Assembly (NCBI GenBank): GCA_963749495.1
Contig: CAVVMW010000023.1
Coordinates: forward strand, 480,001-544,000
Source of the DNA: an uncultured bacterium
GTDB lineage: Bacteria > Verrucomicrobiota > Verrucomicrobiia > Limisphaerales > UBA8199
Direction: 5' to 3'
Length of the DNA stretch: 64,000 nt
The position numbers were made by a program, and so were the translations under genes. The stretch's first letter is position 1. Every line of letters starts with the position of its first letter. Below are positions 16,377-26,963 of the stretch, in pieces. The notes below the pieces were generated by a model, which was given only the letters and a program-made list of their open reading frames with translations, ran no database searches and was not told the origin of the DNA.

Positions 16377-17855
16377 TTAGCCGCGCGTCTTTCGGCGTGC
16401 GCTGCCCCGGAGCCGCGGCTGCTGCGGGGCGGGGCTTTCGGCGGCGGGCTGCCCCTCGGGCAGGCCGAAGTATTGGCGGGCGTTGCCGTAGCAGATGTTG
16501 CGCACCATCGCCCCGACCCTCCGGAGGTCATTGGGGATCTCGCCGTTCTCGATGTCGCGTCCCAGGAGGTTGCAGAAGACGCGGCGGAAGTATTCGTGGC
16601 GGGGGTAGGACATGAAGGAGCGGGAATCGGTGACCATGCCGACAAAGCGGGAGAGCAGGCCGAGGTTGGAGAGGGCATTGAGCTGCCATTCCATGCCTTC
16701 CTTCTGGTCCAGGAACCACCAGGCCGGGCCCCACTGGAGCTTGCCCGGAATGGCGCCGTCCTGGAAATTGCCGAGCATGGTGGCCAGGACGTAATTATCG
16801 GCCGGGTTGACATTGTAGAGGATGGTGCGGGCGAGGGCCTTTTCCTGGTCGAGCGCGTCCAGGAAGGCGGCCAGGGGGGCGGCCTGGGGGAAATCGCCGA
16901 TGGAATCGAAGCCGGTGTCGGGGCCGAGTTGGCGGAGGAGGCGGGTATTGTTGTTGCGCAGGGGGCCCAGGTGCAGTTGCTGGGTCCAGCCCTTTTGCGC
17001 GTTGAGCCGGCCCAGGAAGAGCATCATGAAACTGGCGAACTGTGAGTGTTCCTGGGGCGAGGCGGCCTGGCCGGCGCGCGCGCGCGCGAAGATGGCGGCG
17101 GCCGTGGATTGGGGGCAGAAGCCGGCATAGCAGTGGTCCAGGCCATGGTCGGAGAGCCGGCAGCCCTGCTGGTGGAAGAAGTCATGGCGCCGCCGGAGGG
17201 CCTCCAGCAGGGCGGCCAAATTGGGGATGTCCAGGCCGGCGGCCGCTTCGAGGCGCTGGAGCCAGGCCTTGAACGGCCCGGGCAAGTGGACCGCCAGCGC
17301 CTTGTCGGGACGGAAGGCGGGCAGGACCGCGGTGGCCAAGCCCGAGGCGGCGATGGCCTTGTGCCAGGCCAGGTCATCGGCCGGGTCATCGGTGGTGCAG
17401 AGGGTCCGGACGCCGAACTTTTTCAGGATGCCCTGGGTGGTCAATTGCGGGCCGGCCAGTTGTTCGTTGGCCCTCTTCCAGATGCGCGGCGCGCTCCGTT
17501 CGTCCAGCAGTTCGTCGATGCTGAAATAGCGCTTTAATTCGAGATGGGTCCAGTGGTAAAGCGGGTTGCGCAACGTGTGCGGCACTGTGGCGGCCCAGGC
17601 GATGAACTTCTCCAACGGCGGGGCATCCCCGGTGCAGCACCGCTCAGCCACGCCGTTGGAGCGCATGGCCCGCCACTTGTAATGGTCTCCTTCAAGCCAG
17701 ATCTCCCACAGGTTGTCGAACCGCCGGTTCTGGGCAATGGCGCGCGGGCAAAGGTGGCAGTGATAATCGAAGATCGGCTCCGCCTCCGCACACTCGTGAT
17801 AGAGCCGCCGCGCGGTCCGGGTTTGCAACAAAAAATCTTCGCCGATGAATTTCAT
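16377..17855 (-). CDS. uxaC: Glucuronate isomerase
   Basis: IFDYHCHL, GDHYKWRAMR, NPLYHWTHLEL, TDSRSFMSYPRHEYFRR. Confidence 0.97.
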   Translation of the reverse strand: MKFIGEDFLLQTRTARRLYHECAEAEPIFDYHCHLCPRAIAQNRRFDNLWEIWLEGDHYKWRAMRSNGVAERCCTGDAPPLEKFIAWAATVPHTLRNPLYHWTHLELKRYFSIDELLDERSAPRIWKRANEQLAGPQLTTQGILKKFGVRTLCTTDDPADDLAWHKAIAASGLATAVLPAFRPDKALAVHLPGPFKAWLQRLEAAAGLDIPNLAALLEALRRRHDFFHQQGCRLSDHGLDHCYAGFCPQSTAAAIFARARAGQAASPQEHSQFASFMMLFLGRLNAQKGWTQQLHLGPLRNNNTRLLRQLGPDTGFDSIGDFPQAAPLAAFLDALDQEKALARTILYNVNPADNYVLATMLGNFQDGAIPGKLQWGPAWWFLDQKEGMEWQLNALSNLGLLSRFVGMVTDSRSFMSYPRHEYFRRVFCNLLGRDIENGEIPNDLRRVGAMVRNICYGNARQYFGLPEGQPAAESPAPQQPRLRGSARRKTRG

Positions 17856-17971
17856 ACTCTGGCCTGATGTTCGCAGGCAGGCATACTACAACCGGGCGCG
17901 CCTGGTAAAGCACAACGTGGGAACATCAGTAAGGCATCAGTGAAGGCGGGAGCGTCCTTGCCCCCGGCTCA

Positions 17972-18195
17972 CCGCGTAGCGGTGCCCGATGGTAGCCGTG
18001 GACTTCCAGTCCACGGACCCATGGCCCAAGCTCAACCGCGTCGCGTAGCGACGCCTGAAAACCGCGATGCTGTCAGGCGTCGCTACGCGACTCGTGACCA
18101 TTCCCACGCCCTGAACCGTGGACCGAGGTCCACGGCTACCTTCACTGCGTCGCTACGCGACACGGGATGATTCCCACGCCCCGAACCGTGGACCG
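17972..18195. repeat. REP-like cluster (GTAGCCGTGGACT..GTCCACGG, GTCGCTACGCGAC)
   Basis: Multiple inverted palindromes; same family at 26530-26960. Confidence 0.8.
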
Positions 18196-18256
18196 GAGCG
18201 GGCCGGGGTGAGGGGTCGGCCGGGGACGCTGTCTCCGCCCTCAGCGGTTACGAACG

Positions 18257-19528
18257 TCAGTGCGCGATCTGGAGGCGATAGAATTGGCAGCCGGCGGTGG
18301 CGGGGTTGGTCCAGGCGGTCGTGTTTCCGGCTGAGGGGAGGTTGGTCGCGGCGGGCGTGGCCAGAGCAGGCAACGAGGGGCCGCAGAGGATGTTATAGGT
18401 CAGAAAGGGCGCGCTGTCCCATTCCAGGGCGACCTGATTGGCAGGCAGGGCGATGGCGCGGCGGATTTGGAAGCGGTAGCCTTGGTAAAGATACACCGTG
18501 CCGTTCAGGTTGCCCAGGACCAGGTCGATGACCCCGTCGTTGTTCCAATCCGCCAGGTCCAGGCGCATGCGGCCGCCGGTGTTGATGGGGACCAGGCCGC
18601 TGCCGGCGAGCGGGGCCCGAATCGCCTGGGGCGGCTGCAGGATGGGCTGGGAGTTGCTGTTGGTATTGCGGCACCAATAGACGCCGCTGTCCGAACTGCA
18701 GACCAGGTTGACCAGGCCGTCGCCGTCCCAGTCGAACACACGGACGACCGAGCGGATTCCCAGGAACAGGTCCGAGCCTCCGGCTCGGATGCGGACCGCC
18801 GGTGCAAAGGCGGGGGACTGGACCGTATTAGTGTTCTTGAAGAAATAGACATAACCATCGCCCGAGCCGCAGAGCAGGTCCGGCAGGCCGTCCCGGTCCC
18901 AGTCATAGACCAAGGGTGTCGCCCGCAGCCCCACGCTCAAGGGCGCGCCGCCGGCCAAAAGCCGCACGCCCGGCGCAAGCTGCGGCGCGGCGTCCGTGCC
19001 CGTATTGCGATAAAACCAGACCGTGCCGTCGGACCCCGAGCCGACCAGCAGGTCACGTTTGCCGTCGGCATAGAAATCGCAGGCCCAGGGCGCCGGCGCC
19101 CCACACCCGCTTGAGGGCAGGCAGATGTCCGCCCCATCGGTTGTCTGGAGATTGGTGAAATTGTCGAAGCGGGGTTGGGCATCGGTGCCCACGTTGAGGT
19201 AGAGGGCGATTTTGCCGGCAGTCTGGTAACCCACCAGGAGGTCTTTCTTGCCGTCCCCATTCCAATCCGTCACGCACGGTATGGCGTAGCCGGTGCCGGG
19301 GCAAAGCAGCGCCGTCCCGTTGGTGAGCGGCTGGGCCGGCCGGAGTTGGACCGGGTCGGCCCTCGACCAGAGGCCAAGGCCGGCGCAGGCGGCCAACAGC
19401 AGGGGAAAGGCCAAAGGCTGACCCGCTGCGACGGCGCGACAGCGCGGCGAGAGGCTGAAGGCTGAAGAAAGAGGGACGACGAGTGCCCGCAGCTTTTCGA
19501 GGGAGATATGGCAAAATTCAGACAGCAT
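18257..19528 (-). CDS. FG-GAP/VCBS-repeat secreted protein with C-terminal ...FYRL domain (start uncertain)
   Basis: DWNGDGKKDLLVG, DWDRDGLPDLLCG, DWDGDG, DWNNDGVIDLVLG. Confidence 0.85.
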   Translation of the reverse strand: MLSEFCHISLEKLRALVVPLSSAFSLSPRCRAVAAGQPLAFPLLLAACAGLGLWSRADPVQLRPAQPLTNGTALLCPGTGYAIPCVTDWNGDGKKDLLVGYQTAGKIALYLNVGTDAQPRFDNFTNLQTTDGADICLPSSGCGAPAPWACDFYADGKRDLLVGSGSDGTVWFYRNTGTDAAPQLAPGVRLLAGGAPLSVGLRATPLVYDWDRDGLPDLLCGSGDGYVYFFKNTNTVQSPAFAPAVRIRAGGSDLFLGIRSVVRVFDWDGDGLVNLVCSSDSGVYWCRNTNSNSQPILQPPQAIRAPLAGSGLVPINTGGRMRLDLADWNNDGVIDLVLGNLNGTVYLYQGYRFQIRRAIALPANQVALEWDSAPFLTYNILCGPSLPALATPAATNLPSAGNTTAWTNPATAGCQFYRLQIAH

Positions 19529-19707
19529 ATGAGGCCCGGTTTTTCACTGCCGGCAACCACCCTATGCGCCGGGCGTCTATTTGCAAGCCCGAAGGGAAGG
19601 GCCAGGTCTTCGGGGGTGTGAGACAGAATTCTATCTCTGATTTCTCTGTTGCCTCCTGTGCAACTCCCGCATACATCTTGGAAGAGAACCTGCTCCGCAG
19701 TCCTGGC

Positions 19708-20772
19708 ATGAAAACGAAGACTCGCATCCTGCTGGTGGATGACAATCCGGACTTGCTCGACGTGATTTCAGCATTGTTGCGCCTCAAAGGCCACGAGGTC
19801 TGCACCGCGCCCAACGGCCTGGAAGGGCTGCGCCTGGCCCGGCAATGGCGGCCGGACCTCGTGCTGCTGGATGTGCGATTGCCGGACGTGGACGGTTTCG
19901 AGGTCTGCAGGCGGATCAAGTCCGACCCGGCCCTGGTGGACGTGTTTGTCATCCTGCTCTCCGGGGAGGCGACCAGCGCCGCCCAGAAGGCCGGAGGGTT
20001 GGACACTGGCGCCGATGAGTACCCGACCAAGCCGGTGGACGCGGAAGAATTGGCGGCGCGGGTCCGGACGGCAGCGCGGTTGCGGCACACGACGGCGGCG
20101 TTGCGGGCCAGCGAACAGGAGTTGCGGCGGTTGTCCTGGCGGATTATCGAGGCGCAGGAGGCCGAGCGCCAGCGGGTCGCCCGCGACCTCCATGACGGCG
20201 TCAACCAAATCATCGCCTCCGTCAAGATGCGGCTGCGCAAGATCGAGGACAGCCTCGCCACGGCCAATCCCACTGCGTCCCAGATGCTGGCCCGTTGCGA
20301 CCAACTGCTGGTCCAGGCCCTCGAAGAGAACCGGCGCATCGCCCACGCCCTGCGCCCCACCGACCTGGACGAACTGGGCCTGGCAGAGGCCTGCAGGCAC
20401 CTGTGCAAGGAGTTGGAAGGCCGTTCCAACTTGCAGGTCTCCTGCCAAATCGAACCCCTCGCCCAACGGTCCTCTCCCACAGCCGAGTTGAACCTCTTCC
20501 GCATCGTCCAGGAGAGCCTGGCCAACGCCGAAGAGCACGCCCGCGCCACCAAAGTGTCCCTGCTCATGCGCCTGCGCGACGGCCGCCTCGAACTCGTCAT
20601 CCAGGACAACGGACGCGGTTTTGACCCCGCCTCCGCCCGCCCCGGCCAGGACAAACGCCGCGGCATCGGCTTGACCAACCTGCACGAACGCGCTGCCGCC
20701 TTGGGCGGCGCCTGCGAGGTCAAGTCAGCCCCGGGCCAGGGGACGACCATCATGGTGCGGGTGCCGATGTGA
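19708..20772 (+). CDS. Receiver domain fused to HisKA_3-type histidine kinase
   Basis: ILLVDD...LLDVRLPDVDG; ERQRVARDLHDG; DNGRGFD; GIGL. Confidence 0.92.
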   Translation: MKTKTRILLVDDNPDLLDVISALLRLKGHEVCTAPNGLEGLRLARQWRPDLVLLDVRLPDVDGFEVCRRIKSDPALVDVFVILLSGEATSAAQKAGGLDTGADEYPTKPVDAEELAARVRTAARLRHTTAALRASEQELRRLSWRIIEAQEAERQRVARDLHDGVNQIIASVKMRLRKIEDSLATANPTASQMLARCDQLLVQALEENRRIAHALRPTDLDELGLAEACRHLCKELEGRSNLQVSCQIEPLAQRSSPTAELNLFRIVQESLANAEEHARATKVSLLMRLRDGRLELVIQDNGRGFDPASARPGQDKRRGIGLTNLHERAAALGGACEVKSAPGQGTTIMVRVPM

Positions 20773-20785
20773 GCAGCCCAAAGAC

Positions 20786-20885
20786 ACGAAATCCGAAATC
20801 CATCCCTTTGGTCCCTTTGGTCCCTTTGGTCCCTTCAGCAAGGGACAAAAGAGACATAAGGGACCAAAGGAACGGATTTCGGATT
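20786..20885. repeat. Nested 7-mer (CGAAATC) and 9-mer (GTCCCTTTG) hairpin between convergent genes
   Basis: Read directly. Confidence 0.8.
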
Positions 20886-20896
20886 GCTGGCTCGGC

Positions 20897-21561
20897 CTAC
20901 GCCCCCGTTTCGACCCAGCAGACGGCGTAACGAATCAGTTCGTTGGGGCTTTCGAGGCCGAGCTTCTTTTGGAGTCGAGAGCAGGAAGCGGCCACGGAGC
21001 GGGGGCCCAGACGGAGCTGGCGGGCGATTTGGCCGGTGGTCTTGCCCTGGCCGAGCAAATGGAGGATTTCGAGTTCGGGGTCAGTGAGCTGTGCCAGCGC
21101 GCGGGGCGGCAACCCGGGCGAGGGTGGGGCTGCGGGCTTGGACGTGGCGGCCATGACCTCCTCGCTCACGTAGATGCGTCCGGCCAGAACGTCGTGCATG
21201 GCGCGCACGATCTCCTCGGGGTCTTCCTGTTTCATGATATAGCCGTCGCCGCCGGCCGCAGGACGCGGTCGGCGTAAAGGGCCTCGTCGTGCATGGAGAC
21301 GACCAGGATCTTGACGGCCTGGTTGGCCGCGCGCAGCTCTTTGATCAGGTCCAGTCCGCTCTTGCCGGGCAGCGTGATGTCCACCAGCACCAGGTCCGGT
21401 TTGACGCGCGGAATGGCGTCGAGGGCCTCTTCGGCGTCGCCAGCCTCGCCGCAAACGGCCAGGTCCGGTTCGCCGCCCAGGATCTGCACCAGGCCCTCAC
21501 GGAAGACGGGGTGGTCTTCGACAACATAAACGGTCTTACGCGACTTGGAGGTCTTGCCCAT
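20897..21561 (-). CDS. NarL/LuxR-family response regulator, frameshift near 21255
   Basis: VVEDHPVFREGL...DITLPGKSGLDL...SMHDE, then GDGYIMKQ...LTDPELEIL HTH in a second frame. Confidence 0.85.
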
Positions 21562-21597
21562 AGATTGCCTATTTGTAACCCAACATAGTGCCAACAA

Positions 21598-23298
21598 TCA
21601 ATCTTCTTTGTCGATCAGCCTGCGTTCCTCGGGAAGGAGCCTGGTCTTGGCGCCCAGCTCGAGGAATCTCTTGGCCTTGGCACGGTTGCCCGAGGCCCGG
21701 AGGATGATGCCGTAGTAGGCGGCGATGGAGGGATCTTCCAGTTCCTGGGGTTTGAGCCGTTCGAAGACCGAGAGGGCCTGGGCGGTCTTGTGCTGGAGGC
21801 TCAGGGAGAAGGCATACGTGGAGGCGAAGGCGGGATTGGCAGGGTCTTTGTCATAGACCTGGCGGGCCAGTTGGTCGGGTTGGTGTTCCTGGGCGTTCAG
21901 GAGAAGGGCCAGGACGGCGAGGTTATTCTTGGAAGCGAGGTCTGCGGGGAACCGCTTGACCCGATCGCTGTAGAGGAGCATCAAGGGCCGGGTCTGGCCG
22001 GCCAGGAACAGTCTCTGGACCAGGCCATGGAAGGCCCATTGGTCGCCGGGGAATTGGCGGATGAGGTCCCAGAGCAGGTTTTCCTCTTCGGCGGTCCAGT
22101 CCCACTGGGTGGCCACGCGCAGGAGCATCATGAGGCCGGGTTTATCGAAACGGGCGCTTCGCTTGCCGGTTCTGGCGCATTGCAGGGCCGATTCCCATTC
22201 GGTCTTCGAGGCGTCGGCCAGGCCCTGCTCGCGCAGGGCGCGGGACAGGAAGGCGTGGCGCATCAAGTCCAGTTCGGCCCAATACTGCGGACTCAGCGAG
22301 GCCTGCAGCCCGGCCCAGTCGCCCAGGAGGGTCCGGCATTGGGCGATCAGGAAGGCGGCAGGCTGGTTGGTCTTTTGGGTTTGCGGCAGGGTCTGCAGCC
22401 AGTCGATGGCCTCCTGGGAACGGTTGTTGGACATGAGCCAGAGGGCGAGGTCATGGGTCTTGGCGGGGGCGTTGGCCGCGTCGCGCTGCAGGGCAGCCAG
22501 CGCGGCGCCCAAGGCGGGGTCCTGCGTGGCCCTCAGGAGGTCCAGCCGCAGGAGTTGGTCTTTGAAGACGGAGTTGGTGTCTTGGCCCAAATCACTGGCC
22601 AGGGCCAGGGCAGTCTCCAGGTGCTGGTTGCGGGCGGCGTCGAGGATGAGTTCGCGCAGGGCCTGGCAACGGAGGAGACCGTTGGTGCCTGCGGTGGAGA
22701 GGCCCTTGAGGCAGGCGCGGGCGTCCTGGACGGCGCCGGCGTTGGTGCCCTGGAGGCGAACGACGGCGAGGTTGAGTTGCGGCACCGGGTTGGACGGCTG
22801 GAGCCGAACCGCCTCCAGGAAATGGGATTCGGCGGCGGCGTTCTGGCGGCCCGCCAAGGCGACGGCCCCTGCGACGTTGTGATAGGCGGCGGTGTCGCGG
22901 GCGGCGGCATCGATGCCCGCGATGGCGTTGGTGGCGGCGAGGTAGTCCCCCAAGAGCAGGGCGGTCGAGGCCAGAGCCAGCCGGTCATCGGTCGAATGGG
23001 GGCGGAGTTCGACGACCCGGCTGCGCGCCAGCAGGGCGGTGCGGGAGCGGGTCGAATCGCTCACATCGGCCATGAGGCGCCAGGCCTCGACATTGAAGGG
23101 GTCGGCGCGAACGGCGCGTTGGAGGTTGTACAAGGCCCACTTGGCATCGGATTTGGCCAGATAATGCCGGGCCAGTTTGAGATAGCGGGCCTGGCGGAGC
23201 AACCTGTAGCCCCGATAGCCGCCGTAACCCAGCCCGGCCAGGCCCAGACACGCGGCCAGGACAATCACCAGGACTTTTCGCAGACGTCTGCGTCTCAT
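21598..23298 (-). CDS. TPR-like protein with N-terminal membrane anchor
   Basis: Basic then hydrophobic N-terminus; helical repeats such as AVRADPFNVEAW and NNLAVLALL. Confidence 0.75.
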   Translation of the reverse strand: MRRRRLRKVLVIVLAACLGLAGLGYGGYRGYRLLRQARYLKLARHYLAKSDAKWALYNLQRAVRADPFNVEAWRLMADVSDSTRSRTALLARSRVVELRPHSTDDRLALASTALLLGDYLAATNAIAGIDAAARDTAAYHNVAGAVALAGRQNAAAESHFLEAVRLQPSNPVPQLNLAVVRLQGTNAGAVQDARACLKGLSTAGTNGLLRCQALRELILDAARNQHLETALALASDLGQDTNSVFKDQLLRLDLLRATQDPALGAALAALQRDAANAPAKTHDLALWLMSNNRSQEAIDWLQTLPQTQKTNQPAAFLIAQCRTLLGDWAGLQASLSPQYWAELDLMRHAFLSRALREQGLADASKTEWESALQCARTGKRSARFDKPGLMMLLRVATQWDWTAEEENLLWDLIRQFPGDQWAFHGLVQRLFLAGQTRPLMLLYSDRVKRFPADLASKNNLAVLALLLNAQEHQPDQLARQVYDKDPANPAFASTYAFSLSLQHKTAQALSVFERLKPQELEDPSIAAYYGIILRASGNRAKAKRFLELGAKTRLLPEERRLIDKED

Positions 23299-23318
23299 GA
23301 CCGCGGATTCATTCTTGG

Positions 23319-23443
23319 TAACTGTTCAGGTCGCGCATAGGAGCGCGGACGCCCCGTCCGCGCGTTTTTTGCCGCCAGAGCCGCGCGGACGAGGCGTCCG
23401 CGCTCCTATGGAAGGGCACGTTTCACCGCGACCTGAACAGTTA
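23319..23443. mobile_element. 125-bp MITE-like element with perfect 17-bp TIRs enclosing a REP-like palindrome
   Basis: TAACTGTTCAGGTCGCG (23319-23335) and CGCGACCTGAACAGTTA (23427-23443). Confidence 0.7.
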
Positions 23444-25354
23444 GCATTCTTCGACTTGGCCAACCAGCGGGGCGGTGCGGGTTGGTGCCGGCAGATACGG
23501 CGAGTAGTCGGGAACCGCCTCGTGGAGCAGGCGCTTGAACTGGTCGGCGTCCAGTTGGTGCAGGCTGGCGTGCAGCCGCTGCAAGGTCTGGCGGACCTGG
23601 ACCACGTCCGCCGGCTGGGAGAGGAACCGGCGGATCTTGGCATGGTGGGTGGGAGTGAAGTTCTCCCCTTGATGGCTGAGTTCCTCGAAGAGTTTCTCCC
23701 CGGGCCGGACACCGATGAACTCGATCTGAATGTCCTGGTCGGGCTTGAGGCCGCTCAGTTCGATCATCTGGCGAGCCAGTTCGACGATGCGGACCGGGTT
23801 GCCCATATCGAGGACGAAGATTTCGCCGCCGCGGCCCAGGACGGCGCTCTGGAGGACGAGCATCGAGGCCTCCGGGATGGTCATGAAATAGCGCATCATC
23901 TCGGGGTGGGTCACTTTGACGGGGCCGCCTTCGGCGATTTGGCGCTGGAACAGGGGGATGACGCTGCCGGAGGAGCCCAGGACGTTGCCGAAGCGCACGG
24001 CCATGAACTTGGTCTTGTCCGGGTTGGCGGCGCCCAGGGCCTGGATGTAGATCTCGGCCAGGCGCTTGGCGGCGCCCATGACGCTGGTCGGATTGATGGC
24101 CTTGTCGGTGGAGATCAGGATGAAGCGATCCACCCCGGCGGCCAGGGCCAGGTCGGCAAGCTGCGCCGTGCCCAGGCTGTTGTTCTGGACGGCCTCGCCC
24201 GGCTGGCGCTCCATCATGGGCACATGCTTGTGGGCGGCGGCATGAAAGATCACCTCGGGTTCGAAGCGGGCGAGGATCTCCCTCATCCGCCCCTGGTTCT
24301 GGATGTCGGCCACCACGGGCACGATGCTGGGGCCATGGCCCAGGCCGATCAGCTCCTGCTCGATCTGGAAGACGTTGGGCTCGGCCCGATCCAGCAGGAG
24401 CAGGTGCCGGGGATGGTAGGTGGCTATCTGGCGGCAGAGCTCGCTGCCGATGCTGCCGCCGGCGCCCGTGACCAGGATGACCCGGTCCTGCAAGGCCAGT
24501 CGGATGCTCTCGGTCTCCAATTCGACCTTCTCGCGGCCCAGGAGGTCCTGCACCTCGACGTTGCGCAACTGGCTGACCCTGACCTGGCCCAGGGCCAACT
24601 GGTCCAGCGAAGGGACGGTCTTGAATTGGAGCCGCCCCTCGCGCAGCAGGCGGACGATCTCACCGACGCGTTTGGCCGGGGCGGAGGGCATGGCGATGAT
24701 GGCCTCCTGAATGTCCAGCCGCCCCGCAGCCTCCAGGAGTTTCTCGGGCGGACCCAGAACCGGGATGTCGTGTACCCTCGAGTGCCACTTGCGGCGGTCG
24801 TCGTCGAAAAAGGCGACCGGCTCCAGGCCATAGCCGGGTTTGAGCGACAGTTCGTGGGCCAGCACGGCGCCGGCGTCGCCGGCGCCGATGATGCCGACGC
24901 GCCGAGAGCGCTCGGACCCGCGGCGGCGGGCTACGCTGAGCGACTCGCGCAAGGTGCGCAGCGCCAGGCGCACCCCGGTCAGGCCCACCAGCGAGAAGAC
25001 AAAGTCCAGCGCGATGACCCCGCGCGGCGGGGCATAGCCCTCTCCCCAGCCCAGCCAGGCCAGCCCCAGGATGAGGGTGCTGAGGGTCAAGGCGTGGAAC
25101 ATCCGGGCCAGGTCGGGCGTGCTGAAGTAGCCCAGGAGCGGGGTCAGTTGATGGAACAGGCCCAGGAGCACCAACTGCAAGGGCACCAGCCACAGCAGCA
25201 CCCGCAGCCGCTCCGCTTGCCCGGCGGAGTTGACCGCGAAGTCGAAGCGCACTTCGTAGGCCAGCCACAAACTGGCCGCCAACTCCGTGGCATAGAACAA
25301 CAGCAACACCCAGAACCGCAGCGTCGAGTTCAGATCCAGGCTGAGCTTTTTCAT
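23441..25354 (-). CDS. CapD/PglF-type nucleotide-sugar 4,6-dehydratase
   Basis: N-terminal TMs, VTGAGGSIGSEL, HAAAHKHVPMME, ISTDKAINPT, VRFGNVLGSSGSV. Confidence 0.95.
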   Translation of the reverse strand: MKKLSLDLNSTLRFWVLLLFYATELAASLWLAYEVRFDFAVNSAGQAERLRVLLWLVPLQLVLLGLFHQLTPLLGYFSTPDLARMFHALTLSTLILGLAWLGWGEGYAPPRGVIALDFVFSLVGLTGVRLALRTLRESLSVARRRGSERSRRVGIIGAGDAGAVLAHELSLKPGYGLEPVAFFDDDRRKWHSRVHDIPVLGPPEKLLEAAGRLDIQEAIIAMPSAPAKRVGEIVRLLREGRLQFKTVPSLDQLALGQVRVSQLRNVEVQDLLGREKVELETESIRLALQDRVILVTGAGGSIGSELCRQIATYHPRHLLLLDRAEPNVFQIEQELIGLGHGPSIVPVVADIQNQGRMREILARFEPEVIFHAAAHKHVPMMERQPGEAVQNNSLGTAQLADLALAAGVDRFILISTDKAINPTSVMGAAKRLAEIYIQALGAANPDKTKFMAVRFGNVLGSSGSVIPLFQRQIAEGGPVKVTHPEMMRYFMTIPEASMLVLQSAVLGRGGEIFVLDMGNPVRIVELARQMIELSGLKPDQDIQIEFIGVRPGEKLFEELSHQGENFTPTHHAKIRRFLSQPADVVQVRQTLQRLHASLHQLDADQFKRLLHEAVPDYSPYLPAPTRTAPLVGQVEEC

Positions 25355-25377
25355 AGAAGGCGGGCTCCGGGGACGGC

Positions 25378-25472
25378 TTTGGCATCTTTGTCGCAGCCTT
25401 TGTCGCAACCTTTGTCGAATTGGGCCGATTCTCGACAAAGTCTGCGACAAAGGCTGCGACTAAGGTCCGGAA
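25378..25472. repeat. CTTTGTCG/CGACAAAG palindromic element
   Basis: 12-bp periodic subrepeats in inverted arms. Confidence 0.85.
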
Positions 25473-26452
25473 CCCGCAGGGGCGGCGGCGAAGTTGGTCT
25501 TTACCGGCAACATCTTGAGCAACTCGCCCAGTTGCTGGCGCCGGGCCTCGTCCCGCTCCGGCAGGGCGACGATCACTTCATCAATGCCCTCCCGCCATTG
25601 GGCGTTGAGCAGACACTCCGGCATCCCAACCACCGGGATGCCATCCAGCCGCTTGTGCCAGGCCCGAGGGTCATCATCGAAGAAGGCCACGATGCGGCGG
25701 CGGCCCTCCCCGCACCGGCACAAGTCCTGGGCCACGCCCAGAGCGGCAGGGCCGGTGCCGATGACCGCCACCCTCCGGCCAGGCGGTTGCGGCGCCGATG
25801 CCACGCAGACACCGGGACGCCCCCGCGCCAGCCCGCCGCAGGCCAGGGCCACTGCGCCCAGGCCCACCCGCCAAAGCGTCTGCAGGATAATCCAGCAGTC
25901 CTGGAGCACCCCAGCCCTGCGCGCATACTCCAGGTTCAATTCGATCTTCTTTGGCAGACAGTAACGGAGGTAAAACTGCTCGACGTCCGCCGCCCCGCGC
26001 AACAGCGCCTCCTCGTCGCGGAAGAGCAGACTGGCCAGGTCCGTGATCCCCGGTTTGCACCGCAAGACCTCCAGTTGTTCCGGCGTGTAGTGCTCAACAT
26101 ACCGGGGGACCTCGGGCCGCGGACCCACCAGGCTCATCTCTCCGAGCAGGACGTTCCAGAGTTGCGGCAACTCATCCAGCTTGGTCTTGCGCAAGAACCG
26201 GCCAAGCGGCGTGATACGCGGGTCTTGCCCCTGCGTGATGGCATGGCCCAGCCGGTCGGCATAGACCACCATCGAGCGGAATTTCAATATCCGGAACGGC
26301 CGGCCATAACGCCCAACGCGAACCTGGCGATAAAGGACCGGCCCCCCATCGGCCAGCTTGCTGCACACGCCGACCACCAGGCCAAACGGCAGCAGCAAGA
26401 CCAGCCCGGCGCCGGCGCCCAGGAGGTCCAACACACGTTTGGCCGCCGTCAT
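25460..26452 (-). CDS. Initiating sugar (phosphoglycosyl) transferase with C-terminal Rossmann-like domain
   Basis: [43 protein letters not shown]. Confidence 0.92.
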   Translation of the reverse strand: MTAAKRVLDLLGAGAGLVLLLPFGLVVGVCSKLADGGPVLYRQVRVGRYGRPFRILKFRSMVVYADRLGHAITQGQDPRITPLGRFLRKTKLDELPQLWNVLLGEMSLVGPRPEVPRYVEHYTPEQLEVLRCKPGITDLASLLFRDEEALLRGAADVEQFYLRYCLPKKIELNLEYARRAGVLQDCWIILQTLWRVGLGAVALACGGLARGRPGVCVASAPQPPGRRVAVIGTGPAALGVAQDLCRCGEGRRRIVAFFDDDPRAWHKRLDGIPVVGMPECLLNAQWREGIDEVIVALPERDEARRQQLGELLKMLPVKTNFAAAPAGSGP

Positions 26453-26458
26453 GAGAGT

Positions 26459-26960
26459 GCGGAGTGCCGAATGACGAATGACCAATGACGAATGACGAAT
26501 GACGAATGGCATCACAATGCCGGGACGCCGGGCACCGCGTAGCGGTGCCTCGATGGTAGCCGTGGACTTCAGTCCACGGACTCCCGGCCCAGGACCGCCC
26601 GCGTCGCGTAGAGCGCGGAGTCCCGAATGACGAATGACGAATGACGAATGACGAATGACGAATGGCATCACAATGCCGGGACGTCGCGCACCGCGTAGCG
26701 GTGCCTCGATGGTAGCCGTGGACTTCAGTCCACGGACTCCCGGCCCAGGACCGGCCGCGTCGCGTAGAGCGCGGAGTCCCGAATGACGAATGACGAATGA
26801 CGAATGACGAATGGCATCACAATGCCGGGACGCCGGGCACCGCGTAGCGGTGCCTCGATGGTAGCCGTGGACTTCAGTCCACGGACTCCCGGCCCAGGAC
26901 CGCCCGCGTCGCGTAGCGACGCCTGAAGCGGCACCACGCCATCAGGCGTCGCTACGCGAC
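26459..26960. repeat. Composite tandem array: three units (156, 156, about 149 bp), each (ATGACGA)4-5 plus REP palindromes
   Basis: Unit starts at 26459, 26615 and 26771. Confidence 0.93.
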
Positions 26961-26963
26961 ACA

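Noticed and set aside
23297..26488. 1063-aa plus-strand ORF
   Set aside because: Antisense shadow of the CapD-like and transferase genes in high-GC DNA; no motifs.
26459..26960. N-terminal extension of the sugar transferase, or CRISPR array
   Set aside because: Repeat-derived sequence; transferase homology starts at 26452; no spacers.
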